A stretch of DNA of 63,525 nt, filler included, from Choristocarpus tenellus KU-1152 (taxonomy: Eukaryota > Protista > Phaeophyceae): NCBI GenBank assembly GCA_964200185.2. It is 11 parts of 11 records of this genome, joined end to end, with 100 filler letters (N's around TTAATTAATTAA, not from the genome) between each part and the next. Parts side by side here need not be neighbours in the genome. Positions count along the whole stretch, not along the records: positions 10,330 to 22,701 come from CAXNAD020001858.1; positions 22,802 to 28,533 come from CAXNAD020009886.1; positions 28,634 to 36,563 come from CAXNAD020005376.1; 8 more parts are not named here. The stretch is one strand, 5' to 3'. Below the pieces are notes generated by a model. It searched no databases. It was given only the letters and a program-made list of their open reading frames with translations, and was not told the DNA's origin. Numbering within the stretch: position 1 is the stretch's first letter; each line of letters opens with the position of its first letter. A program made the position numbers and the translations under genes. Below are positions 12,540 through 33,300 of the stretch, in pieces.

Positions 12540-15139
12540 CCTTTCTGTGACTGAGTGAGTGTGTGTGGCGTTGTGGGCTGACAATTGTAACTTTTTTTTA
12601 TGAATACTCTTTTGACCGAATCTTTTTCCTTTTTGTGGATACCATTACCACTCCATACCTTGGCACATGAATCTTGCACTTCGGAAGCTGGTCGTGACTG
12701 AGTTTGACCGCCTACAACTAATTCCATTGGAAGTCACTCATCACAACTAGCTGAGGATTCACTACAAGCGGAAGTACACACACCTGCCTCTATTAGTCGA
12801 CCATGTGTGCATCCCCTGCCTAGTGAGGAGGGGAATCAACTAGATGCATCACAAGAGAAGGTGGCAACAAAACGCATGTACCACTATGTAGTAAGACATC
12901 CAGCTTCGTCTTTGCACTACCTCAATACCACTTGGTGTCATTTAAGTCAGAGGTGGACGAGTGGGAAGTAAAGAAACACACTCAGAAACTGCCTGGAAAG
13001 AGTTGAGAAATGGGGAAAGAGAGGACTTCACGCCTACAACCATACATGGTACTTGACCATCATCACAATTATTTCAATACACGAAAGCCTGTATCTCGAC
13101 AACAAAGTGCCCAATCATTGTTCTTACTGCTCATATCGTAGAGCTGGTTCTTACTTGCTGTTTGTTGAACATTGGTATATATACTACAATTATCCAATAA
13201 TAATATGTGCTTCCTATCTCTTGATTCTGTGTGACTAGACAAATAAGGCTGACTTTGTATGTATATGCCCTCTCAAGTCACTCTGTTGCTGTTCAATTCT
13301 TGTTCAAGCTTAGCCCCTTCTCCTTCAGTATGGTTGTACTGAGTTGGATTTGGGGCTAGTCCACACAGAAGACGTTTTCTAGGATTAGGAATCCAACCTT
13401 CGTGATAGCTAGGACTTTAAACTGAACCAGCAGTTAACCAGGCTTGTCCGCAGGTCAGTCCCGTCGCATTTCCTGAACTGCCCGCTTGGGTCAATCAAAA
13501 GACACAGGACTCATGCTGGCCTGTGGGCCGATCCTATCTATTTACTTCACCTCGACTTGGTCCAAGAAAATCACTCTTTTCCAGTGACACTCCATTCAAA
13601 AAATGTTTAGATCTCTCGGAGTCATGACCCAGGTTGCTGGAAGAATGATCTATTGACAATTGATCTAATACTCCAAAAAGTTACCAAAGTATACAAGTAC
13701 TACTACTGTAGTACAGGCGTTTTCCAAAAATATGATACCAAATGTACGCAATAGTAGTAGTAGTATATACTTTGTGTAACAGACCAAAGTCAGAACACAC
13801 TTTCATTTATAATATACTTCCAGAAAAAGTAGATTGTATACAACCCTACATATTTTTCTACTTCCTCCGTTCGGAATTAAATTTTAAGCCAAGTGTTGTA
13901 AATCGTTTCACATTACAACGTATATAGCAAGCATTTATCTTTTGACTGAAGAATAAAATTATTTCACTTGTTAGTATACCATGTTCTTACATTGTTTCAA
14001 CACAAGAATTTGTTTTGAAGACGTGAGAATTCATTACGCCTGTCAACCTGGAAAATTAATAGTTGTATTGTCGCACGTTTTGCACTTCTTACTTTCTGCG
14101 CACATTCATGCATGCAGTCGGACTAAAACTGGGATCCGGCCCACACCTCGGCCCTGCCAAAAATTCCTACAGCCCTGGCTTGTCCAACCATGACAAAACA
14201 AATATTCCAAACCAACTCAAGGCCCAGCCCCATCACAACAACCTGTAAAGTCCTACAAGGTACACTTGAACACACACATGAAATACACACAAGCAAACAA
14301 TACAAGAGCCAGGCACCTTTGGGAAAGAACATCCACCTCTTGCAATGTGGTACATCCAATGGATGCAACGAACCTCAGAAAAAGGTAAATCAAACGATGA
14401 CACCTGCCCTGAACTATAGAATGTGCATAATTTCCCCTACAGCTCCAGCTTGAAACTGAACCAGCCCTATAACCCATATGCCTGAAGGGCGCTCTAAAAT
14501 ATTCCATGCGGATTATACTTCAAAAAGAAACAAAAACCATCAAAAATCCTTAGTACTAACTACTGTACTGTTTTGTTGAAAAATACACACAATACAAAGC
14601 AAGAAAAAAATTGTATACTACTCCAAGAAAGGTCCATAAAAGAGTATGTAACCAATCTATTGCCATTGTTTCCTGCATCTTCCTAATTTGAATCAAAGAA
14701 CAAAAGAGACAACACAAAAGCACACTAAGAGGTGCAAGCTCTGCTGTACTACATACATACTGAGAGCTTGTGCCCACACTTGACTTGAGCATAAAAAGAC
14801 TACTCTTGCCACATTCCATCTAACTACTTGAAGTAGGGGGGCAATACACAACACTCAGTGCTATAATGAACGCCCCCTGTCCTATGGGAACATTCTCTTG
14901 CTGTGGGAGGCACAGGGCATGCACTCCTCCGCAATAAAGCAACAAACAACAGATTTGCAGTAAGCTGAACCCTTCATACTGCTCCACCACACTCCTTCAA
15001 CTACACAAGATGTTGACCGCTCTGTGTGTAGGGTTCCTGATGTATCACACAAAATAGGACTCCATGAGCACCACAAAAAATTCCACCTTGCTTCTGCCTC
15101 ACTCTCAGGTCTACCCTAGCTCAACACCCCTTGACACAC

Positions 15140-15182
<43 letters not shown>

Positions 15183-15346
15183 CTTCGTCTCACCCCTCAT
15201 CACTAATACAATCCTCACCNNNNNNNNNNCCCCCCCTCATCTCCACCCTACCTCCCCACCCCCTGCCCCACACCCCCCCCCCCCCCCCTCATGCTTCCAC
15301 TCTTCAGCATTGTTGATGCTCTGATCAGTCCTAATTACCTCTTGCA

Positions 15347-22404
<7,058 letters not shown>

Positions 22405-23676
22405 CTGCAAGTGGGCAGGTAAGGAGGTTAAAAAGGAGTAGCATTGCGTGTGTATCTGACCCACGGAGCCGTGGGCTGGTGGCGATGTGTGTCACACAGG
22501 GGAGGAGGGCCAGCATCAATAACAGTACATCCTACCTTTGAACTTCTGCTTCACCAAACCAATTCCTGTTCTACTACACTATGGCCACCGTAAGGAGAGC
22601 TTATCATCTAATGAAGAAATATATAATTTTTTAAATCCCCCCCCCCCCCTCCCCCCGTACCAAAAAAAAAAAAACAAAGGATCGGGTCACAACAAGCTCA
22701 TNNNNNNNNNNNNNNNNNNNNNNNNNNNNNNNNNNNNNNNNNNNNTTAATTAATTAANNNNNNNNNNNNNNNNNNNNNNNNNNNNNNNNNNNNNNNNNNN
22801 NGGGAGTTGAACAGCATTTCAGGGATGGGTATGGGTATGGTGTATGTATCTGTATCTATATTGCACAGGGTTTATAAAAATATCATCAAAATAAAAAAAA
22901 GGTCAAAACTGACCCTTCCCTTAGATGTTTTTGCCCACTACCACACCAAACCACACATCACCAAAAAATAAATAAAATACAGGAGGAAAGACGGTAATAA
23001 AAAGAACAATAAAAAAATGTAATTGTTTTTTTGTCACCTACCTCTGTTCTGTAGCAGTTACACCAAAGAGTATCACAAGCAGCAAAAATAATAATAACAA
23101 TAATATTGATACAATTCATCGTGTTGTGGTGTTGCGTTAAGATACCAGATAACATGTACATATAATACAACATATTATTATTATATTATTATTCCTGTGT
23201 GTTGTACTCCTTTTGCTGCCAAGTTTGACATCTCTCGTGAATCTATATTTTTCTTTATTTCTTGCACGGCTTGCTGCAGAGAAAATAATAACAAAAAATA
23301 CCATCCCCTTTATCAAGACCCTGGCCCTGGCATGAAAGAACTTTTAACCCTCCAGATGTTAAAAAAAAAATTGATAGTACCATAACCACAAAAGGGGCAA
23401 TGCCAAAGGGGGATAATCCCCCACAGGATTGGGTTGTTCTTTCCAAGGACTCCCCAATTCAGACACCAAAACGAAATCATTGCTTGAAGTAGGATTGAGG
23501 GGGTGAAGGTTGAAGTTGAAGTTAGATTGTCAAGCGCGCAGGTGCATGGCGGTAGGCATTATACATACTATCGTACCAACAAATAAACATACTTCACACT
23601 TACCACCAACTTTCAAAAGTCACCTGATCACACCAGTTGTGTACAATGCTCTTCACTTGGTTCAAATTGAGCTCAC

Positions 23677-23762
23677 CTCAGCTGTTCATCCAGGTGTAGA
23701 ATGAGGTTGTTCAGCAGTATTGCCTTGAGGCCCATGTTGGAGATGCCTGCTGTCTTGCAGAC
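23677..23762 (-). CDS. Isolated internal exon, unknown protein
   Basis: CAG|VCKTAGISNMGLKAILLNNLILHLDEQL|GTGAG. Confidence 0.4.
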
Positions 23763-25639
23763 CTGTTCATTGAAAGTACATACAATGTTCATAATACATG
23801 GGCAGACACATTTTAACAGCACAAGAGAGTGAGTGTAACGCCCACCACAACAAAAACAAACCAGAGGTAAGAGAAGGTGCAGGGGATCAGGCGAGGATCA
23901 AGCAGTGCCTTAAATAGTTCTAAGGGGGAGTGTGTGTGTGTGTGTGGGTAGGTGGGTGAGTGTGTGAGTGCTGAGACAATCCATAAAACTTGGTACGACT
24001 TCTACCAAAAAATGAGAAACGAAGAGGAAAAGAATGTAACACGAGAGGAGAGGTACAATGTCGTATTTGCTGGAGGTACAGATAGTCATACCTATATTGC
24101 CAATGGTTTCTTTAATTGTGACAATAGACATACCAATAAGTACATTGCAATCCTATTTTAAAATGAGAGCAGTATTTATGTACAAAAAATCTGTATTAAA
24201 AATATATTTTGTAATAAACTCTTCCGCGGTTGTGTGCTTGGAAAGAAAATTAATAGTCAAGTACCAAGACTGACCGGGCCCTATTACCACTGGACTGTAT
24301 ATTCCCTGTCTTTTTGTTACTTATCCTCTTCCCTTTTTGTACACACACACACACACACACACAGCAGTTCACCTCATACTGGTATCCTTCACAGGCACAC
24401 TGATTTCATTCAAATCATACGCAAACAAACAGGGTCAAGTGCATTACTGTGTTTGTCCACACTTATTTTGCAAGGTACTATATACACAAATGTTTTTTTG
24501 TGTATGGTCTATTGTTTCTATGCTAGTAGCAACACTCTCGCACACACACACAAAGACAAGGGCATTCTCCTCCCTGTCCTGTGCATTTGCATGCCGCCCC
24601 AGGGGTTCTACAGCAATCTCTTCTATTGCATACGAGAGAATCGAAGAGCTTCCATACCAATCCATCCGAATACCTTTACCACATTCGCTAACCAAGAGGA
24701 AAGGACGAGGACTCGTTCGCATTGGAATATCAATATCCAGTGACTAGAGTTGACTGAATGAAAGGGGTGGAATCTGATCGCCTGGATTTATCCTTCAACA
24801 AGGGAATCTCAACATCATTGATAGGAAGCAGTTGAACCATGGACTAGTTAGTGACGAAACCGATTGGTGAAGTGCGTACATTGACAGAGAGGTATTGGCG
24901 GGTCTCATCGATCGCACTACGCGGGCATGCAGCTTTTCTGAGGTAGCCAGCAAAGCGACCACTCGCAATTTCCCCCCAACAAAATGTCTACGGCATACCA
25001 TCAACTTGGAGTATTTCCACAAGAACTGGTCCTTCTCGTTTGAGTAACGTTCCGCAAACTTAAAATTCTCTTGCCTAATGTATGCCCCATCCCTACCTCC
25101 TCAAGCTCCCCCTTGCGGAGCTTCTTTAGCTGACGGGCACAGACCTCTTTCATCGTACGGTATTGCATCACTTCCCCGTCTGAAATAAGGCGTCCACTCC
25201 CAGACCCTCCCACTCCCCCACCATAATGCATCATCCTGGAGACCACCGTTCACACTCCACGGTCTATGACCACAGTGCCAACCCCGTTCCTGTCCCCATT
25301 ACAGTCCTCACTGTGAAGTACCCAAAACCTACTATTTTCCCCCAGATGTCTCACAGCGTTAAGGCTCCGGGCCTGCAGGAGCGCGCTAAACTGTGCCTAT
25401 TCAAAAGGAGTAGTGAGATTAGACACAACGGGGTGGATAATAACCCGCGAAGTGTATCCTCCAAGGAATTCAATGTGTTATGTAAGCCTATTCCTTCAGA
25501 CGTTCCTCGAGATACGGGTTCATCCAGTGCATTGTAAGAGACTTCAGCAGCACAGGGGGCAAGCGTGGGATAAGTAATTGCGGGGCAAGATTGGGTAGGT
25601 GTTGTCAATATTTAACAAGTATCCAAAAAGGAGCAAAGA

Positions 25640-26290
25640 ATGTGTCCATGAAGCACACTCACCCAGGAGAAGTGCCAGTATAGCAAGGATAAGGTTCGGG
25701 TTCTCGTCCGAAAGCGCAGTGGGAGATCACTTCCCCTCTATCTGTTTGAACACTTTCAAAAAGAGAGAGAGACTATGAGGAGGTTACTTCTTTTAGGGTT
25801 AGGGTAGTGTTTCCTCTCATCGTGATATTTACAACTTCATTGATTTCTTGACAGAGTTGGAGACATCAACAAAACCTGTAGCACGTGGGAAGAGGAAGAA
25901 GTACCCTGCTGGCACTCCTAAAGATTCTCACTCATCGGGAGGTGTTGCACCAAATTGAGAAGCGTACGGCGTTGTCGAGAGGTTATGGTTCGTCTTCTGA
26001 TTGTTGGCATGATATGTGGCATTGGAACACCCATAGCAAGAGGGTTTTGTGTCAACCGACCAGCAGCCCTCCTGAATAGATTGTGCGCGGTCGGAATAAG
26101 GGACAATGCGGTTTCCAAGGTATCCGGGTGAGTGGAAAGGCTTCTCACTTGTTGTATTTAGTCATTAAAGTTCAATCCTTTGCCTTCAACTATCATACCA
26201 TCATTCTGTCTTGTCCTCGGTATTATCAACGAGTGATGTATGGTTCCTATTATCTACGGACTTCTAAGATACCCCCCTGATGATATTGCT
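25640..26290 (+). mobile_element. Possible highly decayed LINE reverse transcriptase fragment
   Basis: Scattered GEVP, DY..(NYRG-like), QCGF and ..DDIA peptides in the expected order across several frames. Confidence 0.3.
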
Positions 26291-26357
26291 TTATTTTCTC
26301 ATTTCTCTTTCCCCATACCTCAAGTTCCTTCGTCAAATGCCATTGCTGATTGTTCAG

Positions 26358-26427
26358 ATATCGTGGTGGACGGACATGGATGAGCGATGCGAGTGCTGAG
26401 GCAGTAGCCAAGCCTATGGATGATGAG
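26358..26427 (+). CDS. Possible isolated exon
   Basis: TTCAG|..YRGGRTWMSDASAEAVAKPMDDE|GTACG; GC-richer than its flanks. Confidence 0.3.
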
Positions 26428-28648
26428 GTACGCTCCCATTCAATTTAATAAAACCATCGCCCTATATATTGATCGAATTAGATTGTTGCACTATTACACC
26501 TACCACGCCTTGGATGCAAGGCTGAAGTTTGGAATGCTCAGTCTATGACCAGTATTTAGCCACCTTTTTCGATTTGAAAATGTGGTGGAGGAACCTCCCT
26601 ATTCAATCGTCTCTCGTCTTAATACTGCCAGTCCCATTCCGCCCTTTTCGTGAACAAGGGAGAATTCTAATTTCGTTGCCCTTCCTCAACATAGTTTCGT
26701 TATCCAATGTACCCGAACAAGATCAGCCCCCACATAAACACTCTATGCTCCGAAGAACTTAACTCGTTGTGCACACATGCTCATCGAATCTACAACTTAT
26801 CTCACCTCTCTTTGCCCCCCTTTAAAACACAAAGAACCGATTCAAAAGCTATCCCTTTGCATCTTTCTGAAGCCAGGCAGTTGTGATCGTACAACAGTTC
26901 AAGTACCTCCAATGATACCCTAGTGGTCCTAAGCCCTGCGATGGGGTGGACTAAATTTTTCATGCTCTGCCTAATCCATTCTCCCTGCTCTTTGGGGTAG
27001 GAGAGGAGCAGAAAAAGTCAAGGGCGTTACTACGACCCCAGGGTTATAGAGATCTTAAACCCGATTATCTATGTTTCGTGTGCCTTTTGATCCAGGAGTT
27101 TTACTAGTATTGGAGTATGTGAGGGTCGCAGTGGTAGTGAAGGTCTGATGTTCTCAAGATCTGGTTTTCAACTTGAGCCCCTATTCGTGCCATCAATGTA
27201 TAGTAAGTTACAGGTTGCACTTGTGTGCACTACACTTTCGTGTCATCGGTAGGAATATCTTCCTGAAATATGCAGTGTGAAGAGTAAGAGTAAGAGTAAG
27301 AGTATTACCTATTTTTTTATTTACACTCTTAATAATTGTCATATGCGATCATATAGTCATATGCGAGTAACCCCTCCCGGCACACACACCCAAAAGATGA
27401 TCATCGAACGCGTCAAGAAAACAAAACAAGAAAAAATATATATTGGGGAGTGGGGGATTGGGTCCTATTCACTTGGCGTGAAGTCCTCGTAGTACGCCTA
27501 CAGGGGCAAGTTACCTCTAGGCTTTGACTATGCCCTCTTTTCTAAATATAGATAATAGTTGGAAGATGAGGTATCTAGCCTTTGATAATGTATCCACAAC
27601 CACTGTTGTAGAATGGGAGAGAGATCTACTTCAGAGAATGTTGCTAGCAAATAGATGATGACTCAGTGAAGAGTAGAATGCTGTGATACGTCTGATACCA
27701 CCTACACTGCATGCTCTGCAAGTAATGTGCCTCAACTGAGGGCGGGTAAAGTTTGGGTGAGGGGCAAGTGTTCCGCAGGTCTTTCTACCTTGTGCCCCCC
27801 ATGTGATTGATAGGTGAGGATCCAACAGACATGGGGAAGGTGTAGGTCCAGAGCTATATACAGCAAGCAAGCTCTGCGACTTTGTACATCCATTTTGTGG
27901 AGTTGTCCCTCCCAATGTGTCTTTTCCTCTTCTTGTATCTACCTGAAGATGTTTAGGATGTTACCTTTTGTCCCAACCCCCACTACCTGCCTAACTCCTA
28001 TGTCCTCGATAAGGAGAAGAGCAGTTATGTTATGTATAGAATGTGTGATTTTAGAGCTCTGCCCCCTCTCCTCTTCGGCGAGGCGGTTGTCCCTATGTGG
28101 CACCTGCGCACTAAGTATGTCTACTTTTATGGCATGTTTCTCCGATATGTACTCCATTTGTCAAGGCTCTACCAACATGCTTAGTTGCAATATTGATTGA
28201 AATCAAGACTATCGAAGGGGGGCTCTCATTTTTGTCAAATGTCAACACAAATGTCAACAAAAATGTCAACACCAACAGAATCAGTGCAATAGCCTAATTA
28301 ATATGTGTCACTTTTTTTTTCTGGGCAGTCACAACAAATCGTTTTTCTTACTCCACTTCTCCCCCCACCTCCCACCCCCCATCCCCTCGCACCCAACCTG
28401 CTCGAAATGTAATGCCTTTGCGCCTCTCGCATCCGTCTTCTTTCGGTTACATCAGTTACACTTTATATCCTCCTCCCCCCTCCCCCCCCAAAAAAAATAT
28501 ATAACTATGACATCACAAAAAAAAAAAAAAGGGNNNNNNNNNNNNNNNNNNNNNNNNNNNNNNNNNNNNNNNNNNNNTTAATTAATTAANNNNNNNNNNN
28601 NNNNNNNNNNNNNNNNNNNNNNNNNNNNNNNNNGGGGGGGGGGCTTGC

Positions 28649-30980
28649 CTGCCAGAAGTCAACAAATTTAGCTGTCTCCAACGCCTCCGAACATTGCTTC
28701 AAAGAGCTCACTGGTCCACAGCGGTGCAGGGGTGGTGGTACAAGGTACATGAGTGCAATAAAGTCTGTACTGGGAACATTCATCAATGCCTGGGGCCATC
28801 GGTAGAATAGAGAGCAAGTCACAAGATTTGCTAGTGGGTTTGAGTGGGTTTGTCCAGTGGATAGTAATATTTGGTTGGTGTGATGATGGCTAGTGAGAAC
28901 TACGAATTGATAAAGCACTACAAGACTGGGATCTCAGAGTCATGTCTCCACTGTTTGACCACTTGCAGGGAGCAAGTGGTCCGACTATCTACGGAGAGGT
29001 TACCATGGGGGATTCAACAAATAAAAAAAAGTGCATTTTTTTTCCGTGCATGCACTTAAAAGAAAAATACCATGCAAAGGTCAAAGAGTAGTTTGCAGTC
29101 ATGTTCACAAGTAGAGCAACAAATAGAAAGCAGTGTATATACAGATCAGAATGGAGGGGGGGGAGTTGGACCACCTAGTACCGTAGTGTAGGTGTGTATT
29201 AAATCAACAAAAAAAAGACCCTGATTGCACACCTTGGCCAAGATAAGAGATACCATATCGTCCTTGCACAGGTCAGGGAAGAAGCCATACAGCTTCAGCA
29301 GGGCCTTGTTCGCCTCGAACTCGTAAGTCTTAGACCTCACCTGTGAAAGTATGTTGAAGAAAAAAGAAAAACGCTTGAGAAAGGTGCACCTGTACCGATT
29401 CTGGTCAAAACTGTTCTGGGCACGTAGTATTCGATTGACTCACACGAACAGGTACTGACAAGAAAAAAAAAGACTTGAGGAAAATCGTCTCCTTCAAACA
29501 TGCCAGTAAAAAAAAAAAGAAGACCGAACCGTACAGCCATTTGTTGTTCCAACTTCCACTTTGTTAACACTCTCTTCTTGAAATCACTGTCTTCGATTGA
29601 GATGGTGAGAAATCATGCACAAGATTACACGACTCTGTTGGGACGTGCAATGCTCTGCAGGTGGAAAGAGTACCGGTCTGTTGCTACAGATATGATGCGC
29701 ACACGTACAACGCGGTGGAAGACCAAGAAGGTAACACAAGAACAGTTCTTAAAGGGGTAACCCACTTCAGTCATGGGATACTAGCCTCATACAATTATTC
29801 TGCTCATGTGGGGTTTCCTTTTGTGCCCCCCTGCATTACACCTCGTTACAAGTGTTCCTTCTCATGCAGTATTCAAGATTTTATTGTCCTGTGCATAATC
29901 GATTTCTAAATTGACACAGCAAAGCAAATGTAAAGCATCATCACTGGATAATGATCCTTTCAGTGACCCACTCTAAACATCTTTGAAATTTCAAGACCTG
30001 CCATAGCAAACACCTCTCCTAATCCCACAAGGCAAAGAGCAAAAACAGTAGTTACGTTTTCCTGTTGTTGAACCACCAAAAATAAAAATAAGACAAGTGA
30101 GGCCCCAACACAAGCACCTCTATCCCTTCAAAAAACGCACCTCCCTATTGCCCCAAGAACGGGAACATTTCAAAAATATTAGCAGGACACTCAATGCTCT
30201 GTTTCTTGCGGACAACCCTCAAACCACAGGTCCAGAGGTGATAAGCAATTTTTCGTGCTACAGTACCCAACAAACTAAGGTTCAATTCAAATCTCATTTG
30301 GAGCAATATACATTGACCAAAGCCGAGCAAACCAAAATCCTGAGATAACCAACCCTGTTCAAAGAGTCCTTGACCCTAGATAAATCTGATGACCCCTCAT
30401 CAACTCTCTGTGTCATACTCCTTGTTTAGTCAAGACCAAACAAGATATGCATGGAGGCGGCAAGAACGTACACTAGAATGTATAGGCAAGAACATACTAG
30501 ATCAACTACGCAAACTACAGCTTACTACGGTGTACAAGATGGGGCAAAAGATAGTCTAAATTTTCAAGGGAACTCGGAGGTGGGACAGAAATTGAAGCTG
30601 CAACCACTCGTCAAGGTGAGAAATCTCTCGTTTAACTATTATGAAAAAGAAGTGCACAGTTGATGTGCAGTTTACGACTCCATTCTAACACATTTCACAT
30701 CAGCTTGAAGCCAACAAGCCCTGAGGAAGACCTGGCCAAGGAAGCCACATCATTTATCTTCTAACCAGTACTAGGGCAAGAGACCTACAATTTAATCGGC
30801 CTGCTCAGTCCCGTATATTGCTTCGTCCCATTCCAAATTCCTGGCTACATTCCCGAGATTGACCTGCTCTTCCAGGTAGTCCTCAAGTTGTGATACAGCG
30901 CGGTGGTCGAAGAATTCGTGCTCAACCACAGGCCTCAACGCCTCATACGACGCTGGGAAATCCATCGCCTCCAAAGGCAT
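28649..30980 (-). CDS. EIF3K: Eukaryotic translation initiation factor 3 subunit K, first 3 exons
   Basis: Exons 30980-30864, 29340-29233 and 28789-28649 give ...QLEDYLEEQ|VRSKTYEFEANKALLKLYGFFP...LILAK|ALMNVPSTDF...LETAKFVDFWQ, matching the eIF3k pattern YD.EAN.A.LKLY.F.P...LLKAL.N.P.TDF...LE...F..FW. Truncated by the contig end. Confidence 0.88.
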
Positions 30981-32179
30981 GGCGGTTCAAATCGCCAGGC
31001 GGTACCAACACACAACAGCACCTGTTCCTCAGTCAAGCAAAGTAAAACGTGGGTTACAACATACTACTGAAAGGAGAGGAAAAATCGATTAACGAGAAGG
31101 TACAGCACGATGTGTGCCGTACCTACAATGGTGTGTCAATCAGTTTGGTGAACAGGGCAGGGAAAAGGTGTTGCTTGATGTATGTAACATCGGGTGAGCA
31201 GGTTTGACATTTATAAGCTATACCTAAGGAAAACGATGCCATATCTGATTATGTAAGGCCTTTCTGTGACTGATCTTAAAAAACAAGCAGTCAGTCAAGG
31301 ACATACGTTTCCAGTATGTATGGTGCCCTCTCAACAAGGTTCTATTATGGTGAGTGGGGATCATTCTTCATTGAGGGGATGCCTAAAGTCTCAATCACAT
31401 CCCAATGTCACTTACCATTCCTTCAACTTGCGTCTTTTAGGGCAATGAGACAAAAACTGGAGGAGGACCCAACATCTACGTGAACACTTCAAACCCCTGT
31501 TCATTGATCCTCTTTCGAATTGAGTAAATGCACATCCAGACCTTCAATATGAACTATGAGAGCCGCCAACACCAAACACGTTGCTCATCTACTATAGTCC
31601 GTACTTTTTCGGCCATGCATATGGCAAAGCAATTCTATCCAGGTCCAGGCTAAGAGCATCCATCTTCACCTACAAGTGTTGGTTGCGGACCGACTACCAC
31701 CACAGTTGTGTTTTGAAAGCAGACCTAACCGTTTCTCCAAGTTAGTGGACCTGGGTCCCGGTAATCTCTAAGGTGTGTTAATCTAAGATGGACCCAACAC
31801 TTGTGCTGGAGGGTGATCGATTTATCGTAGGTTTCTCTCCTTGAGGAGGTCTTGGTGGAGGACATCCACTCCAACATAGTCTGCGCGCAACTAGTGCCCG
31901 CGCGCTCGTTCCAACCATCCTACCTCCAACACCACAATAAGTAACAACCTCTCTTGACCTCACACAACATTATCCTTAATAGAAAGTGTGTTATTGACCG
32001 CACCGAAGTGTACGATATCACCAATATCGCACTGAAAAAATCAAATACAATCGCAAGAGAAGTTGGCGTGTTGCCATTCTCATTTCGCTTTTCGGGTTGG
32101 TTCTCTGTCTGTTGACGGTTCAATTCAGAGAACACCATGCGGAGTGCGAGATTGTGCACGACAGTCACGAGATTGTGTA

Positions 32180-32400
32180 TCGTCATGCTTGGTACGACGG
32201 CATGTAGAGTTTCCTCATTCGTCCTGCACATGCCAAAAGCTCTCCAGTTTCAGGGTAAGGATTGCGGTGATATTGACCTTCACACATTGATATGCCTACT
32301 TGAAGTTGTGGAAAGCACTCTGGTTACTGTCCTGCGCCAACCTTCACCTCCACTGGTATGGATATTGAATCTCAGGTACTAAGCTGCCTAAACATGCAGA
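32180..32400 (-). mobile_element. Possible decayed Copia RNase H fragment
   Basis: TSSRHINV* and ..RTNEETLHA echo SKHIDVR and V.T.EQ.AD; frameshifted. Confidence 0.35.
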
Positions 32401-33090
32401 TCAATGTGTGCGCTACTGTGGGACAAGTGGGACTATTTCGACGACTGTGGAGAGGACCCTTAGCAAGAATGACCTAGAGCGAATTTGGAGGTTGAGCCCT
32501 ACGCAACCCACACCACTCCTCTCTGAAAGAGAAGTCACTCCACAGGTTTGTAATGGGTTGGTTCTGTGTTTGTTGATTTTACGGATATGTTGTTGTGTTG
32601 AGGATGTAGTGGGTGCTGGGATGTACTCGTGGACGCCAGTTTTGTGTGAGGTGGATACGTCGCTGACCGTGATATTGAAAGGGTTCAGCCGCGGGCGCTA
32701 TCATGCATGGTACTTATTACTAGATTGATATTGCTCGCATTGCAAGAGCTTTGATGGAATGACAACGAGGCACAAATAATGTAGTCCTATGAACGGCTGA
32801 CATCATATGGAGGGACTTTTGTTGACCACAGGTTATACTGCTGCCAGTAGGAGTAGGTACAGGGGTCTAGGGAATTTCGCTAGTATGTGTTATCATCGCA
32901 GGAGATTAGATCAAACAACTGATCATGAGATTGTGCATGTGTGTATAACGGTGCCCTATCGACTAGATCCAGCATGAGATTCACTGATCATCACTACACG
33001 CCATCAGGAACGTCCCTCATGCCTGAAAAGCTGGTGCTAACCTCTTTGCTTGATGTCGCTATCCCTTACGTGAATATTCCTGTTCTACAG

Positions 33091-33300
33091 AGTGTAAATA
33101 CTAGCCGGTGGCGGGTACTGAGACAAAAATCCCTCCATATGGAGGATTTTGAAGATCTGGGCAGTAGGCACGAGTGCATTGAAGATTATGACGACACATA
33201 TGTTGGGCCACAGCGCGACATGTACCCCAGATATTACAGCCAAGGTTTGGATGGAGATTATGATGAGGCTCAAGACCTGGGCAAGGAGTACTACATCTAA
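33091..33300 (+). CDS. Possible terminal exon, acidic/Tyr-rich
   Basis: TTCTACAG acceptor followed by ...MEDFEDLGSRHECIEDYDDTYVGP...LGKEYYI*. Confidence 0.3.
   Translation, partial: SVNTSRWRVLRQKSLHMEDFEDLGSRHECIEDYDDTYVGPQRDMYPRYYSQGLDGDYDEAQDLGKEYYI

Noticed and set aside
22536-22608. Additional PI4K exon
   Set aside because: A donor-like site is present, but no acceptor gives an open frame in the phase required by the next exon.
24400-25600. Minus-strand LINE or gene fragment
   Set aside because: Several short ORFs but no motif I can name with confidence.
27600-28290. Transposon ORF with TGTCAAC terminal repeats
   Set aside because: No recognisable domain and no matching second end.
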